Below are positions 1 to 11,097 of a DNA stretch of 64,000 bases, piece after piece. This DNA comes from Gammaproteobacteria bacterium (GTDB lineage Bacteria > Pseudomonadota > Gammaproteobacteria > Eutrophobiales > Eutrophobiaceae), in NCBI GenBank assembly GCA_963422205.2, contig CAXMWX010000005.1, positions 640,001 through 704,000 on the forward strand, written 5' to 3'. The notes below the pieces were generated by a model. That model was not told the origin of the DNA. It was given only the letters and a program-made list of their open reading frames with translations, and searched no databases. A program made the position numbers and the translations under genes. Within the stretch, counting starts at the first letter, position 1; each line of letters opens with the position of its first letter.

Positions 1-963
1 AAGTGCCTCACCAGGGCGGGGATATCCTCGGTACGCTGCCTCAGGGGCGGGATATTCAGCTCAATGACATTGATTCGGTAATACAAATCCTGCCTGAACT
101 CGCCTGCCTGCACCAGGCTTGCCAGGTCTTTATGCGTGGCGCAGAGGATGCGGACATCAACCGTCTGCTCCTGACTGGCGCCGATGGGGCGCACAGCGCT
201 TTCCTGAATGGCACGTAACAGCTTCACCTGAAAATGCGCTGACAACTCGGCCACCTCATCCAGGAACAGAGTACCGCCATCGGCTGCGCTGAACAGGCCC
301 GCCCTGTCTGTGCTGGCACCGGTAAAGCTGCCTTTGGTATAGCCGAAAAACTCGCTCTCCATCAAATCGTGCGGGATAGCACCGCAATTCACCGGGATGA
401 AGGGCTTGTCAGCACGTGCGCCCTGGGCGTGGATAAGGCGGGCGACCAACTCCTTGCCCGTGCCGGATTCACCGCTGATATAAATCGGTGCCTGGCTGCG
501 CGCCAGCCTGGCAATCATCTGCTTGACCTCGGTCATGGCAGGGCTCTCGCCAATCAACTGATCCTGGCTGGCTGATGGTTGGGCTGGCTGTCTGGACAGC
601 GCAAGTGCGCCACGGACGACATTACGCAGCAGACCGAGATTCAACCGGCTTGGTCAGAAAATCAAACGCACCGCGCTTTAAGGCCATGATGGCGGTGTCT
701 ATACTGCCATGGGCGGTGATCACCGCTATCGGCATCGCCGGGTAGTTGTCCTGTACAAAGCCGACAAACTCCACGCCATCGCCGTCCGGCAGCTTCATAT
801 CGGTCAGGCAGATATCAAATGCCGCCGATTGTAAATGCTGCTTTGCGGTGCCAAGATCAGCCGCCGATAAGGCATCAATGTGCATCCGGTTCAAGGTGAT
901 CTCCAGTAGCTTGCGGATATCCGGCTCATCATCAATGATCAGGGCAGTGGCTTTTCTCTGCAT
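1..963 (-). CDS. pilR: Sigma54-dependent two-component response regulator PilR (runs off the window edge; +1 indel near 640)
   Basis: Receiver domain (IIDDE...CLTDMKLPDGDG...FLTKP) in ORF 622-963. Removing one base at about 640 (GAATCTC to GATCTC) continues as KPVDLGLLRNVV...LIGESPAM...GESGTGKELVAR...ESEFFGYTKGSFTGA, a sigma54-activator AAA+ domain. Directly downstream of pilS. Confidence 0.9.
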
Positions 964-965
964 GA

Positions 966-2594
966 CTAGAACACTGTATGGTGTTGCTCAATGCGAGAGA
1001 AGGTCAGCCGAAAGCAGCACCCGCCCCTTAGGGGTTCGTCTTTGTTCATCGCCGGATTCATCAGAGACAAGGTGGCCTGATTCACTTCGGCCAATTCTCT
1101 GGCGATATACAACCCTAATCCGCTGCCACTGTTGTTGGTGGTAAAAAACGGCTCAAACAAGCGCTCCTGGTTCTCTTTCGCAATCCCCGGCCCGGTGTCA
1201 ATGATGTCCAGATAGGGCCGGTCGGTGTCCGCTTTAACGCCGCAGTGCAAAGTTAGCAGGGGTGAATGCTGGCTGTATCTGATGCCATTCTCGCACACAT
1301 TCCAGACTATCTGATGTAATTGTTGCGGGTCGGCCTGTACGGCAATCGGCGTCTCTTGTCGTGCCACCTGCACCTCATGCTCAGCCAGCGCATTTCTCTG
1401 CCGGAACTCCTCGCTGAAGCGGCTGACCCATTCACCCAGGCTCACCTCTTCCAGAACCACCTGATCACGGCGGCTGATATTCATGACGTTTTCGATGATC
1501 CTGTTCACCCGACCGGCATGTTCAACAATGATACCCGTCAGCCGAGTCTCTTCCGGTGTGCCGTGTGTCGATTCTGATAACAACTGGCCGGCATGGCTGA
1601 TGGCGCCGAGGGGGTTTCTGATCTCATGGGCGATGCTGGCCGTCAAGCGCCCCAGAGAGGCGAGCTTCAGCTGCTGTGCGCGCTGCCTCAAGGTGGAGAC
1701 ATCTTCAATGAAGATCAGCAATTCAGTCACGCCGGCCAGTTCAATGCGGCTGAAGGACGCCTGAATATCCACACCGGCTGCCGCTTTGAAAGTAACACTG
1801 CGCTCGCCCCTGGCATCCCGCCAGCGCTTGACCAGGGCGGCCAACTCAGGGGTCATGGCCGACAAGCTGTTACCGGTACTGTGTTCGCTGATCCCCAGCA
1901 GCCGGGCGGCGGCGGCATTGGTCAGGTGTATATTCAGCGTATTATCCAGCACGATCACGCCCGATTGCAGACGCTGCACGATATGCTCATTTAAGCTGGA
2001 TACATTTGCCAGATCAGTGGCGTGGCGCCGGGCCAGCGCCTCTGACTGCTGCAACCGGCCAGCCAGGGTATAGCTGATAAAGGCAGTGACAAAAAAGGCA
2101 ATCCCCAGAAAGCCGGTCTGGGTATGGTTGATGTAATAGTCATACCAGCTTAACCGGGCGTAGACTTCATGTGCAAACACCGAGAGCGTGGCCACGGCGG
2201 CGAAGAAAAAACCGATGCTGTGCCGAGAGGGGATCAAGGCCCCGCCACCCGCCACGGCGATCACCAGCAGCACACCAAAGCCACTGTTCAAACCCGCACT
2301 GGCAAACATCAGTATCGTCAGTATCAGCAAGTCAGCGATGACATGGGTGATGACCTGAAACAGGTAGCGTGGCCTTTGCAGGCGGATAAAAACCCCGAAG
2401 GCCAGCGAGAGAAGGAGATACAGCAAGGCCGCAACCGAGAACAGCGTACCATCATGCACACCGAGCGGTGCGGGTAACTGGCCGGCTGAGACCAGGCTGA
2501 CAAACAAAGCGCTGAGCAAAAAACGGTACACATTAAAGTAAGCCAGCGCCCGCCAGGCAACCGGCATGGCGGGTGGTAACTCAACCCCGCTCAT
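966..2594 (-). CDS. pilS: Sensor histidine kinase PilS
   Basis: About six N-terminal TM segments, PAS-like region, H-box AHEIRNPL, DTGPG and GSGLGLY G-boxes; upstream of pilR. Confidence 0.88.
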   Translation of the reverse strand: MSGVELPPAMPVAWRALAYFNVYRFLLSALFVSLVSAGQLPAPLGVHDGTLFSVAALLYLLLSLAFGVFIRLQRPRYLFQVITHVIADLLILTILMFASAGLNSGFGVLLVIAVAGGGALIPSRHSIGFFFAAVATLSVFAHEVYARLSWYDYYINHTQTGFLGIAFFVTAFISYTLAGRLQQSEALARRHATDLANVSSLNEHIVQRLQSGVIVLDNTLNIHLTNAAAARLLGISEHSTGNSLSAMTPELAALVKRWRDARGERSVTFKAAAGVDIQASFSRIELAGVTELLIFIEDVSTLRQRAQQLKLASLGRLTASIAHEIRNPLGAISHAGQLLSESTHGTPEETRLTGIIVEHAGRVNRIIENVMNISRRDQVVLEEVSLGEWVSRFSEEFRQRNALAEHEVQVARQETPIAVQADPQQLHQIVWNVCENGIRYSQHSPLLTLHCGVKADTDRPYLDIIDTGPGIAKENQERLFEPFFTTNNSGSGLGLYIARELAEVNQATLSLMNPAMNKDEPLRGGCCFRLTFSRIEQHHTVF

Positions 2595-2839
2595 CTTTCC
2601 TGTTCCTGCCGGGTGGCAACCTGCCGATGCGCTTCACTGCAATAGCTCTTCCCCAATGCCGTAACAGCCGATTGCTCCGGCACATACAGGCCACAATGCA
2701 GACACCTGACCATTTTATCGTTCAACCGCTCCTGCCGCTTGCCGCTTGCCTTACTCGCGGCCATATACCTGAAAAAGCACTTTCTAATCAATACGATAGC
2801 AGCAAACAACCCGCCTGTTATCAGGATAAAACGCAACAC
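2591..2839 (-). CDS. PP0621-family small membrane protein
   Basis: N-terminal TM, MVRCLHCGLYVP...YCSEAH motif; overlaps the pilS start (ATGA), the usual position for this family. Confidence 0.8.
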   Translation of the reverse strand: MLRFILITGGLFAAIVLIRKCFFRYMAASKASGKRQERLNDKMVRCLHCGLYVPEQSAVTALGKSYCSEAHRQVATRQEQER

Positions 2840-2858
2840 AGCCTGGTTATCCCGTGGT

Positions 2859-2886
2859 TTGTATTCATACAGACACCTTATATAAT
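2859..2886 (+). promoter_or_regulatory. Putative sigma70 promoter for sucCD
   Basis: TTGTAT-16 bp-TATAAT in the divergent intergenic region. Confidence 0.4.
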
Positions 2887-3057
2887 GTCGCCTCTCCAGT
2901 CATTAACAAAGCCAGTTTAGCCGCTTTCACAGGGCTTGGCAGGGGATTTAAGCATCGATCCGGCCACAGTGCTGGTGTTGTGCCGTGATCGTAACATCAG
3001 CCCGCCATTGATGATTCGCCAAAGACAAGCCGTGATAACCTTAGATAGGGAGAGAAA

Positions 3058-4224
<1,167 letters not shown>

Positions 4225-4228
4225 TCAA

Positions 4229-5101
4229 ATGGCCATACTTGTGGATAACAACACCCGGGTTATCGTTCAGGGATTTACCGGCAGGCAGGGGACGTTTCAT
4301 GCAGAACAGGCGCTTGCATACGGCACACAGATCATCGGCGGTGTTACGCCTGGTCGGGGCGGGCAAACACACCTTGACCGGCCGGTGTTCGATACCGTTG
4401 CCGCCGCCGTTGGTGCAACCGGGGCCGATGCCAGCATGATCATGGTGCCGGCGGCCTTTGCCGCCGAGGCCATCACCGAGGCCGCCGAGGCCGGCATTAC
4501 GCTGATTGTCTGCATCACCGAAGGGATCCCGGTGATTGATATGGTCAAGGCCCGGGCCTGTCTGGATCACTACCCGAAGGTGCGGCTCATCGGCCCGAAC
4601 TGCCCGGGGATTATCACGCCGGAACAGTGCAAGATTGGCATTATGCCGGACCGCATCCATCAGGCGGGCGGGATTGGTATCGTCTCCCGCTCTGGCACGC
4701 TCACCTACGAGGCCGTGCATCAGACCACGAAGACGGGCCTGGGGCAGAGTACCTGTGTCGGTATCGGCGGCGACCCTATCCACGGAATGAACTTTATCGA
4801 CTGCCTGGCCTTGTTTGAGGAGGATGAGGCGACCCGGGGCATCATCATGGTGGGTGAGATCGGCGGGACGGCGGAGGAAGAAGCGGCGGCCTTTATCAAA
4901 GATCACGTGACCAAGCCGGTGGTCGGCTATATCGCCGGCGTGACGGCACCGCCGGGCAAACGCATGGGCCATGCCGGGGCGATCATATCCGGCGGCAAGG
5001 GCACCGCAGATGACAAGTTCGCCGCCCTGGAGGCGGCCAATGTGACAACGGTCAGATCGCCCGCCAGCCTCGGCGAGGCCATCGCCAACCGGCTTGGCTA
5101 G
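4229..5101 (+). CDS. sucD: Succinyl-CoA synthetase alpha subunit
   Basis: [20 protein letters not shown], phospho-His motif MGHAGA. Confidence 0.97.
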   Translation: MAILVDNNTRVIVQGFTGRQGTFHAEQALAYGTQIIGGVTPGRGGQTHLDRPVFDTVAAAVGATGADASMIMVPAAFAAEAITEAAEAGITLIVCITEGIPVIDMVKARACLDHYPKVRLIGPNCPGIITPEQCKIGIMPDRIHQAGGIGIVSRSGTLTYEAVHQTTKTGLGQSTCVGIGGDPIHGMNFIDCLALFEEDEATRGIIMVGEIGGTAEEEAAAFIKDHVTKPVVGYIAGVTAPPGKRMGHAGAIISGGKGTADDKFAALEAANVTTVRSPASLGEAIANRLG

Positions 5102-5243
5102 GCATTTGCCTACATTGCTGATCCTGTGCTGACAGATAACAGCCGTGGCGTATAGCACCGCCCTGGCTCTGGCGGCAGCAAGCGGCCAGGATTCAGGCAC
5201 TTGACACTCGCTGCGATAACCATCCGATGACACGCCATAGACC

Positions 5244-6962
5244 ATGTCGGCTGATGATTTAAACCGTATCGCCATCGCACAGATGAATGCCTGTGTTGGC
5301 GCCATCGACAATAACGTCCGCCGCATCATCGATAACATCCGCACCGCCCGCCAGCGGCAGGCCGATATGATCATCTTCCCGGAGCTGGCCATCTCCGGCT
5401 ACCCGCCCGAAGATTTGCTGCTACGGCCGGATTTTCACCGCCAGGTGGCCAGCGCCGTTGAAGCCATCACGGCACAAACCCAAGGTATCACACTCATCCT
5501 CGGCCACAGCGAAAGCGTACAGGGCAAGCTGTATAACGTCTGTAGCCTGATTCAGGACGGCAGGCGCATACACAGCTACCACAAGCGCTGCCTACCCAAC
5601 TATGGCGTGTTTGATGAGAAGCGCTATTTCACGCCAGGCACCAACAGCAGCCTGTGTCATGTCGGCGGCAGAAAGATCGCCTTGAGTATTTGCGAGGACC
5701 TCTGGACGGATGGCCCTGCCGCCGAGGCCGCCGGTCAGGGCGCCCAGCTGTTAATCAACATCAACGCCTCGCCCTATCATACCGACAAGGCCAGGCAGCG
5801 GCAGCAGCTTATCTGTCAGCGAGCCAGCGAGAATGCCTTGCCCATTATTTATGTCAACATGGTGGGCGGCCAGGATGAGCTGGTGTTTGATGGCGATTCC
5901 ATGTCGGCTAATGCCGCCGGGGAGATCGTGTTCCGGGCACCGCGTTTTGTGGATGATCTCTTCCTGCTTGAGGCGACCACCGATGCCCCCGTGGCATTGA
6001 CCGGCAACAGCATCGCCCAACCGCACGATGATGCGGCGGCTGTTTATCAGGCCATCGTCCTGGGCGTTAAGGATTATGCGGCAAAAAATCACTTCGCCGG
6101 TGCGGTCATCGGCCTGTCCGGCGGCATTGATTCCGCCCTGACCCTGGCCATCGCCGTGGATGCCCTGGGGGCGGAGAATGTGGAAGTCCTGCTCATGCCC
6201 TCGCGCTACACCGCCGAGATGAGCAATACCGATGCAGAGCAGATGGCCACCGCCCTGGGCGTCACGTTCCACCGCTACAGCATAGAAGCGCCGTTTGCGG
6301 CCTTTCTTGATTTACTCCAGCCCGCTTTCAAGGGGCGGCAGGCCGATGCCACTGAAGAGAACATCCAGGCGCGCTGCCGCGGCATCCTGCTGATGGCCAT
6401 CTCCAATAAAAGCGGCAAGCTGGTATTGACCACGGGCAACAAGAGCGAGATGGCGGTGGGGTATGCCACCTTGTACGGCGACATGGCCGGTGGGTTTGCA
6501 CCACTGAAAGATATCTCCAAGACCCGGGTGTACGAACTGGCAAACTGGCGCAACCGGCAAAGCCCTGTCATCCCGCCACGCATGATCGATCGTCCGCCCA
6601 GTGCCGAATTACGGCCAGGGCAAAAAGACACCGACTCGCTGCCCGCATACGAGATACTCGATGCCGTGCTGGAGCGGTATATCGAACGGGATAACAGCCC
6701 GACAGAGATCATCGCTGCCGGCTTTGATGCGGCTGTGGTAAGCAAGATCAGCCGCCTGGTCGATCGTAATGAGTATAAACGCCGACAGGCCGCGCCGGGG
6801 GTGAGAATCACTGCCCGCGCCTTTGGCCGGGACCGGCGCTATCCGATCAGCTCCGATTATCAGGAAAAGCCGCCGCCCGCCGAGGCAGGCGATGGGTCAG
6901 GCGATGGTCAGGGCAGCGAGGGCCAAGGCAGCGAAGGTAAGAGCAGTGCTAACGGACGGTGA
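5244..6962 (+). CDS. nadE: Glutamine-dependent NAD+ synthetase
   Basis: Nitrilase-fold domain (FPEL, FDEKRYF, ICEDLW) fused to synthetase domain (GLSGGIDS, ENIQAR, TGNKSE, YATLYGD, PSAELR, EYKRRQ). Confidence 0.95.
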   Translation: MSADDLNRIAIAQMNACVGAIDNNVRRIIDNIRTARQRQADMIIFPELAISGYPPEDLLLRPDFHRQVASAVEAITAQTQGITLILGHSESVQGKLYNVCSLIQDGRRIHSYHKRCLPNYGVFDEKRYFTPGTNSSLCHVGGRKIALSICEDLWTDGPAAEAAGQGAQLLININASPYHTDKARQRQQLICQRASENALPIIYVNMVGGQDELVFDGDSMSANAAGEIVFRAPRFVDDLFLLEATTDAPVALTGNSIAQPHDDAAAVYQAIVLGVKDYAAKNHFAGAVIGLSGGIDSALTLAIAVDALGAENVEVLLMPSRYTAEMSNTDAEQMATALGVTFHRYSIEAPFAAFLDLLQPAFKGRQADATEENIQARCRGILLMAISNKSGKLVLTTGNKSEMAVGYATLYGDMAGGFAPLKDISKTRVYELANWRNRQSPVIPPRMIDRPPSAELRPGQKDTDSLPAYEILDAVLERYIERDNSPTEIIAAGFDAAVVSKISRLVDRNEYKRRQAAPGVRITARAFGRDRRYPISSDYQEKPPPAEAGDGSGDGQGSEGQGSEGKSSANGR

Positions 6963-7728
6963 TCCGCTCCACTTCACGAATACCCGGATGATTGGGGTAG
7001 TTCAGCCCCAGCACCCGAAGCGCATCCGCCGAGAGATCATCCATCTCCAGAATCTTGTACGCCTTTGCCATGATGACCAGGGCATCGGGCACCGAGGAGG
7101 TGCGCTGATAGGTCTCCACCACATAGCGGGCGCGGTTGGCCGCCGCCACATAAGCACCGCGTTTTAAGTAATAATTGGCGATGTGGATCTCATGTCGGGC
7201 AATGATGCCACGCAGATAGACCATGCGTTTTTGTGCATCTTCGGCATATTGCGTGTCCGGGTGTTGTTCCAGTAATTCGGAGAAATCCTCAAAGGCAGCC
7301 AGGGCGGCATCCTGGTCACGTTGCGAGAGATCAAGCGGCAGATAGCGCTCCGTGAAGCCTTTACCGCGATGATAATTGACCAGCCCTTTAAGGTAATAAG
7401 CATAGTCCACATGCGGGTTTTGCGGGTACAGCCGGATAAACCGGTCACAGGCAGCAATCGCCGCCTCGGCATCGTCTGTCTTGTAGTACACATAGGCCAG
7501 ATCAAGCAGGGACTGCTGCCCGTAGACACCGAACGGAAAGCGCGTTTCCAGAAATTCATAATACTGTACAGCCTTGCTGTAGTAGCCAGAGTCCAGCGCC
7601 CCCTTGGCCTCGGCGTACAGACGTTCCACCGTCCAGTTGTTAGCCGCATCGTCCTCGCCGTCCTTATCGCCAAACAAAGCGCAGGCGGAGACGGATACCA
7701 GCAAAAAAAGCAGGAATAAAATTCGCAT
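6949..7728 (-). CDS. bamD: Outer-membrane assembly lipoprotein BamD (ComL)
   Basis: Start moved to MRILFLL with lipobox VSAC; RFPFG, RFIRLYP.NP.VDYAYYLKGL, RGAYVAAANRA; divergent from rluD. Confidence 0.93.
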   Translation of the reverse strand: MRILFLLFLLVSVSACALFGDKDGEDDAANNWTVERLYAEAKGALDSGYYSKAVQYYEFLETRFPFGVYGQQSLLDLAYVYYKTDDAEAAIAACDRFIRLYPQNPHVDYAYYLKGLVNYHRGKGFTERYLPLDLSQRDQDAALAAFEDFSELLEQHPDTQYAEDAQKRMVYLRGIIARHEIHIANYYLKRGAYVAAANRARYVVETYQRTSSVPDALVIMAKAYKILEMDDLSADALRVLGLNYPNHPGIREVERITVR

Positions 7729-7850
7729 GTTGCCTACACTCATGTTCGGTACGTAAATTAGCATTAAGATGATAACAAACTTCGGCCATTGCATGTACCC
7801 TGGGCCAAGCACCGGGGCAGGCTGGATGCACCACGGGCAGGCAAACTGAT

Positions 7851-8804
7851 ATGGATAACGATCTGATGTCATTCACGATCACGGCTGAATGTTCAGGCCT
7901 GCGGCTGGATCAGGCGCTGGCAAAGCTGTGTCCGCAATTCTCCCGTGCCCGTTTGCAGGCATGGATCAAGTCCGGCCATGTGCAGGTCAATGGCCATCCG
8001 GCCAGGCAACGGGATCGCACCCGGGCCGGTCAGCGGCTTGATTTAAGGCCCCGGCCTGAGACACCGAATGCAAGCTGGGCGGCTGAAAATATCCCGCTTG
8101 ACATTGTCCATGAGGATGAACACATCCTCGTGTTGAACAAGCCCGCTGGCCTTATCGTGCATCCCGGTGCCGGCCATCCCGATGCGACCCTGTTAAATGC
8201 GCTGCTGTATCATTGCGATGCCTTACGGCAGCTCCCCCGTGCTGGCATTATCCAGCGGCTGGATAAAGATACCTCCGGGATCATGATCATCGCCAAATCA
8301 TCACTCGCCCATACCCGGCTGGTCAAAGACATGCAGCAGAGGAAGATCAGGCGGCAATACCGGGCGCTGGTGCATGGCGAGCCGATCAGCGGTGGCCGCA
8401 TCGCCCACCCTATTGGGCGAGACCCGACACAGCGGCTGAAGATGGCCGTGATCCCAGGCGGTAAGCCAGCCGTAACGCACTATCGGCTGGCGGGCAGATA
8501 CAATGGCATCACGGAATTGCAAGTCAACTTGGAGACCGGCCGTACCCATCAGATTCGGGTACACCTGGCCTACATCAAGCACCCGGTTATCGGCGATCCG
8601 GTGTATGCCCATCGCAACCCGCTGCCTAAAAAAATATCGGCCGAGTTGCGCCAAGGCATTCAGGGCTTTACGCGCCAGGCGCTGCATGCCGAGGTGCTGG
8701 GCGTGACGCATCCGCTGACCGGTGTCCGGCAGCATTGGCAGGTGCCAGCACCTGCTGACTACCAGCACCTGTTGGCGATGATAAAACAAGCCCATGCAGA
8801 ATAA
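7851..8804 (+). CDS. rluD: 23S rRNA pseudouridine synthase RluD
   Basis: S4 domain (RLDQAL), NKPAGL.VHPG, RLDKDTSG, LETGRTHQIRVH, QALHA. Confidence 0.93.
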   Translation: MDNDLMSFTITAECSGLRLDQALAKLCPQFSRARLQAWIKSGHVQVNGHPARQRDRTRAGQRLDLRPRPETPNASWAAENIPLDIVHEDEHILVLNKPAGLIVHPGAGHPDATLLNALLYHCDALRQLPRAGIIQRLDKDTSGIMIIAKSSLAHTRLVKDMQQRKIRRQYRALVHGEPISGGRIAHPIGRDPTQRLKMAVIPGGKPAVTHYRLAGRYNGITELQVNLETGRTHQIRVHLAYIKHPVIGDPVYAHRNPLPKKISAELRQGIQGFTRQALHAEVLGVTHPLTGVRQHWQVPAPADYQHLLAMIKQAHAE

Positions 8805-9567
8805 TGCCATCTGGCTGCCCGCCGCCTGGCCGGCCCCCGCTTCGGTACGGGCGGGCACAACCCTGCGGCACGGCCCGGGGCATGATTCCGGCAATGATGA
8901 TCTAGAAGAGAATGATCCTTATGCCGGTTTTAATCTGGCCACCCACGTCGGCGCCGCACCCGATACAGTAGAGATAAACCGCCGCCAACTGATCCGGCGG
9001 CTGAATTTACCGGCACCGCCGCTCTGGTTAGGGCAGGTGCATGGCGGCGATGTCCTCGCCTGTTGCCCGCCGACAAGCCCGCCTGCCAGGGCCGATGGCC
9101 GCTATGCGGCGGCGCCCGGGCAGGTGTGCGTTGTACTCACCGCCGATTGCCTCCCCCTGTTGCTCTGCAACCGGCAAGGCAATCAGGTTGCCGCCGTGCA
9201 TGTCGGCTGGCGCGGGCTGTGCCAGCATATCATCACCCGGGCGTTGCGCCGGTTCACCGGGCCGGTCAATGCGATTCTGGCCTGGCTTGGCCCGCATATC
9301 TGCCAGCGACATTACGAAGTCGGGCCAGAGGTGCTACAGGCGTGTACACAACACATCGGCGATGTCAGCCAGTTCCTGCACACCACCCGCCCGGCCCATG
9401 CCTGCCTGGACTTGGGCGGGCTGGTGCGTGCCTTGCTGATGCGGGCCGGCGTATCAGCGGTGTATCGTGCAAACAGATGCACATTCGGCAACCAACGATT
9501 ATTCTATTCATACCGAAGGGCGGCCATCACCGGCAGAATGGCGAGTTTAATCTGGATAGAAAGCTGA
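8794..9567 (+). CDS. pgeF: Peptidoglycan editing factor PgeF (YfiH)
   Basis: FNLATHVG, QVHG, TADCLP, H.GWRG, FYSYRR, TGRMAS; overlaps the rluD end. Confidence 0.92.
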   Translation: MQNNAIWLPAAWPAPASVRAGTTLRHGPGHDSGNDDLEENDPYAGFNLATHVGAAPDTVEINRRQLIRRLNLPAPPLWLGQVHGGDVLACCPPTSPPARADGRYAAAPGQVCVVLTADCLPLLLCNRQGNQVAAVHVGWRGLCQHIITRALRRFTGPVNAILAWLGPHICQRHYEVGPEVLQACTQHIGDVSQFLHTTRPAHACLDLGGLVRALLMRAGVSAVYRANRCTFGNQRLFYSYRRAAITGRMASLIWIES

Positions 9568-9612
9568 TAAAATTTCACGCCAACAGCATCGTAACATCTT
9601 ACAGGGGAAAAC

Positions 9613-11040
9613 GTGAACACACAGGCCACCACACGCCATCTGTCTTTTAGCGAAAGCGTCAATCACATGGCAGACCGCGCCTTTGCCGTCATGGGTATGG
9701 AACCAGGCGTGGCGAACGCCATCAAGGCCTGCCATGCCGTCATCCAGATCAATTTTCCCATCAGTATTAACGGCAGGATCGAGGTGTTCACCGGCTGGCG
9801 CGCCGTGCATAGCTCGCACCGCCTGCCCGTTAAGGGCGGGATTCGCTTCGCCCCGATTGTCGATCAGGACGAGGTGGAGGCCCTGGCCGCGTTGATGACC
9901 TACAAATGCGCCATCGTGGACGTGCCATTCGGTGGCTCCAAGGGCGGCCTGCTGATTGACCCGTCAAAATACAGCCGTGATGACATGCAGCTCATCACCC
10001 GACGCTTCGCCCGCGAACTCATCCGCAAGGATTTCCTCAGCCCGGCGACCAATGTGCCGGCCCCGGACATGGGCACGGGCGAACGCGAGATGGCCTGGAT
10101 AGCCGACACCTACAAACAACTGCATCCAGAGAATATCAACTATGCGGCCTGCGTCACCGGCAAGCCGGTAGCCCACGGCGGGATCAGAGGCCGCAAAGAG
10201 GCCACGGGGCGGGGCGTGGTGTATGCCATGCGCGAGTTTTTCCGTCATGCTGATGATGTCAAGGCGGCCGGTTTGAGCGGCGATCTCGGCGGTAAAACAG
10301 TGGTACTGCAAGGTCTCGGCAATGTCGGTTATCACGCTGGCAAGCTGCTGGATGAGGAGGATGGCTGCACGATCATCGCGGTGATTGAGCGCGATGGCGC
10401 CCTGCTTAACCCTGACGGGCTGAATATCGAGAACATCCGCCAGCATATCAATCAGCATAAAACGATAAAAGGCTTTCCTGATGCTGAGTTTACCGCCGAT
10501 GGCCGCTCGGCCCTGGAGCTTGTGTGCGACATTCTCATCCCGGCCGCACTGGAGGCACAGATCAATGCGGACAATGCCGGGCGCATCAAGACGCGCCTTA
10601 TCATCGAGGCGGCCAACGGGCCGGTCACGTTTGCGGCCGATGAGCTATTGCGCGGCCGGGGCGTTACCATCCTGCCCGATGCCTATGTGAATGCCGGCGG
10701 CGTCACCGTGTCGTATTTCGAATGGATTCGTAACCTGTCACATATTCGCTTTGGCCGCATGGAGCGGCGCTTTGATGAGATGCGAGGCCAGCATTTTATC
10801 TCGGCCATGGAATCACTCACCGATGGCATCGTGCCGGACTGGATGAGGGCCGAGATCGTCCGTGGTGCTGATGAGTTGGATCTGGTGCGCTCGGGGCTGG
10901 ATGATACCATGCGTAATGCCTATCAGGAGTTAAGCCATACCCTGCACGGGAATGAGAAGATCACCGATTTCAGAACCGCATCGTATGTGGTTGCCGTCTC
11001 CAAGATCGCCCGTTCATATTTTGATATTGGCGTGTATTGA
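9613..11040 (+). CDS. gdhA: Glu/Leu/Phe/Val-family glutamate dehydrogenase
   Basis: KGGIR, MTYKC, PFGGSKGG, PAPDMGT, ATGRG, QGLGNVG, EAANGP, NAGGVTVSYFEW; GTG start with AGGGG RBS. Confidence 0.92.
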   Translation: MNTQATTRHLSFSESVNHMADRAFAVMGMEPGVANAIKACHAVIQINFPISINGRIEVFTGWRAVHSSHRLPVKGGIRFAPIVDQDEVEALAALMTYKCAIVDVPFGGSKGGLLIDPSKYSRDDMQLITRRFARELIRKDFLSPATNVPAPDMGTGEREMAWIADTYKQLHPENINYAACVTGKPVAHGGIRGRKEATGRGVVYAMREFFRHADDVKAAGLSGDLGGKTVVLQGLGNVGYHAGKLLDEEDGCTIIAVIERDGALLNPDGLNIENIRQHINQHKTIKGFPDAEFTADGRSALELVCDILIPAALEAQINADNAGRIKTRLIIEAANGPVTFAADELLRGRGVTILPDAYVNAGGVTVSYFEWIRNLSHIRFGRMERRFDEMRGQHFISAMESLTDGIVPDWMRAEIVRGADELDLVRSGLDDTMRNAYQELSHTLHGNEKITDFRTASYVVAVSKIARSYFDIGVY

Positions 11041-11097
11041 CCCCTTAAAGCCCGCCAGTACGTGGGCGCATCACGCTGATTTACCGGTAAGAAAATT

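Noticed and set aside
5201-5230. TTGACA upstream of nadE
   Set aside because: No -10 hexamer at 16-18 bp spacing.
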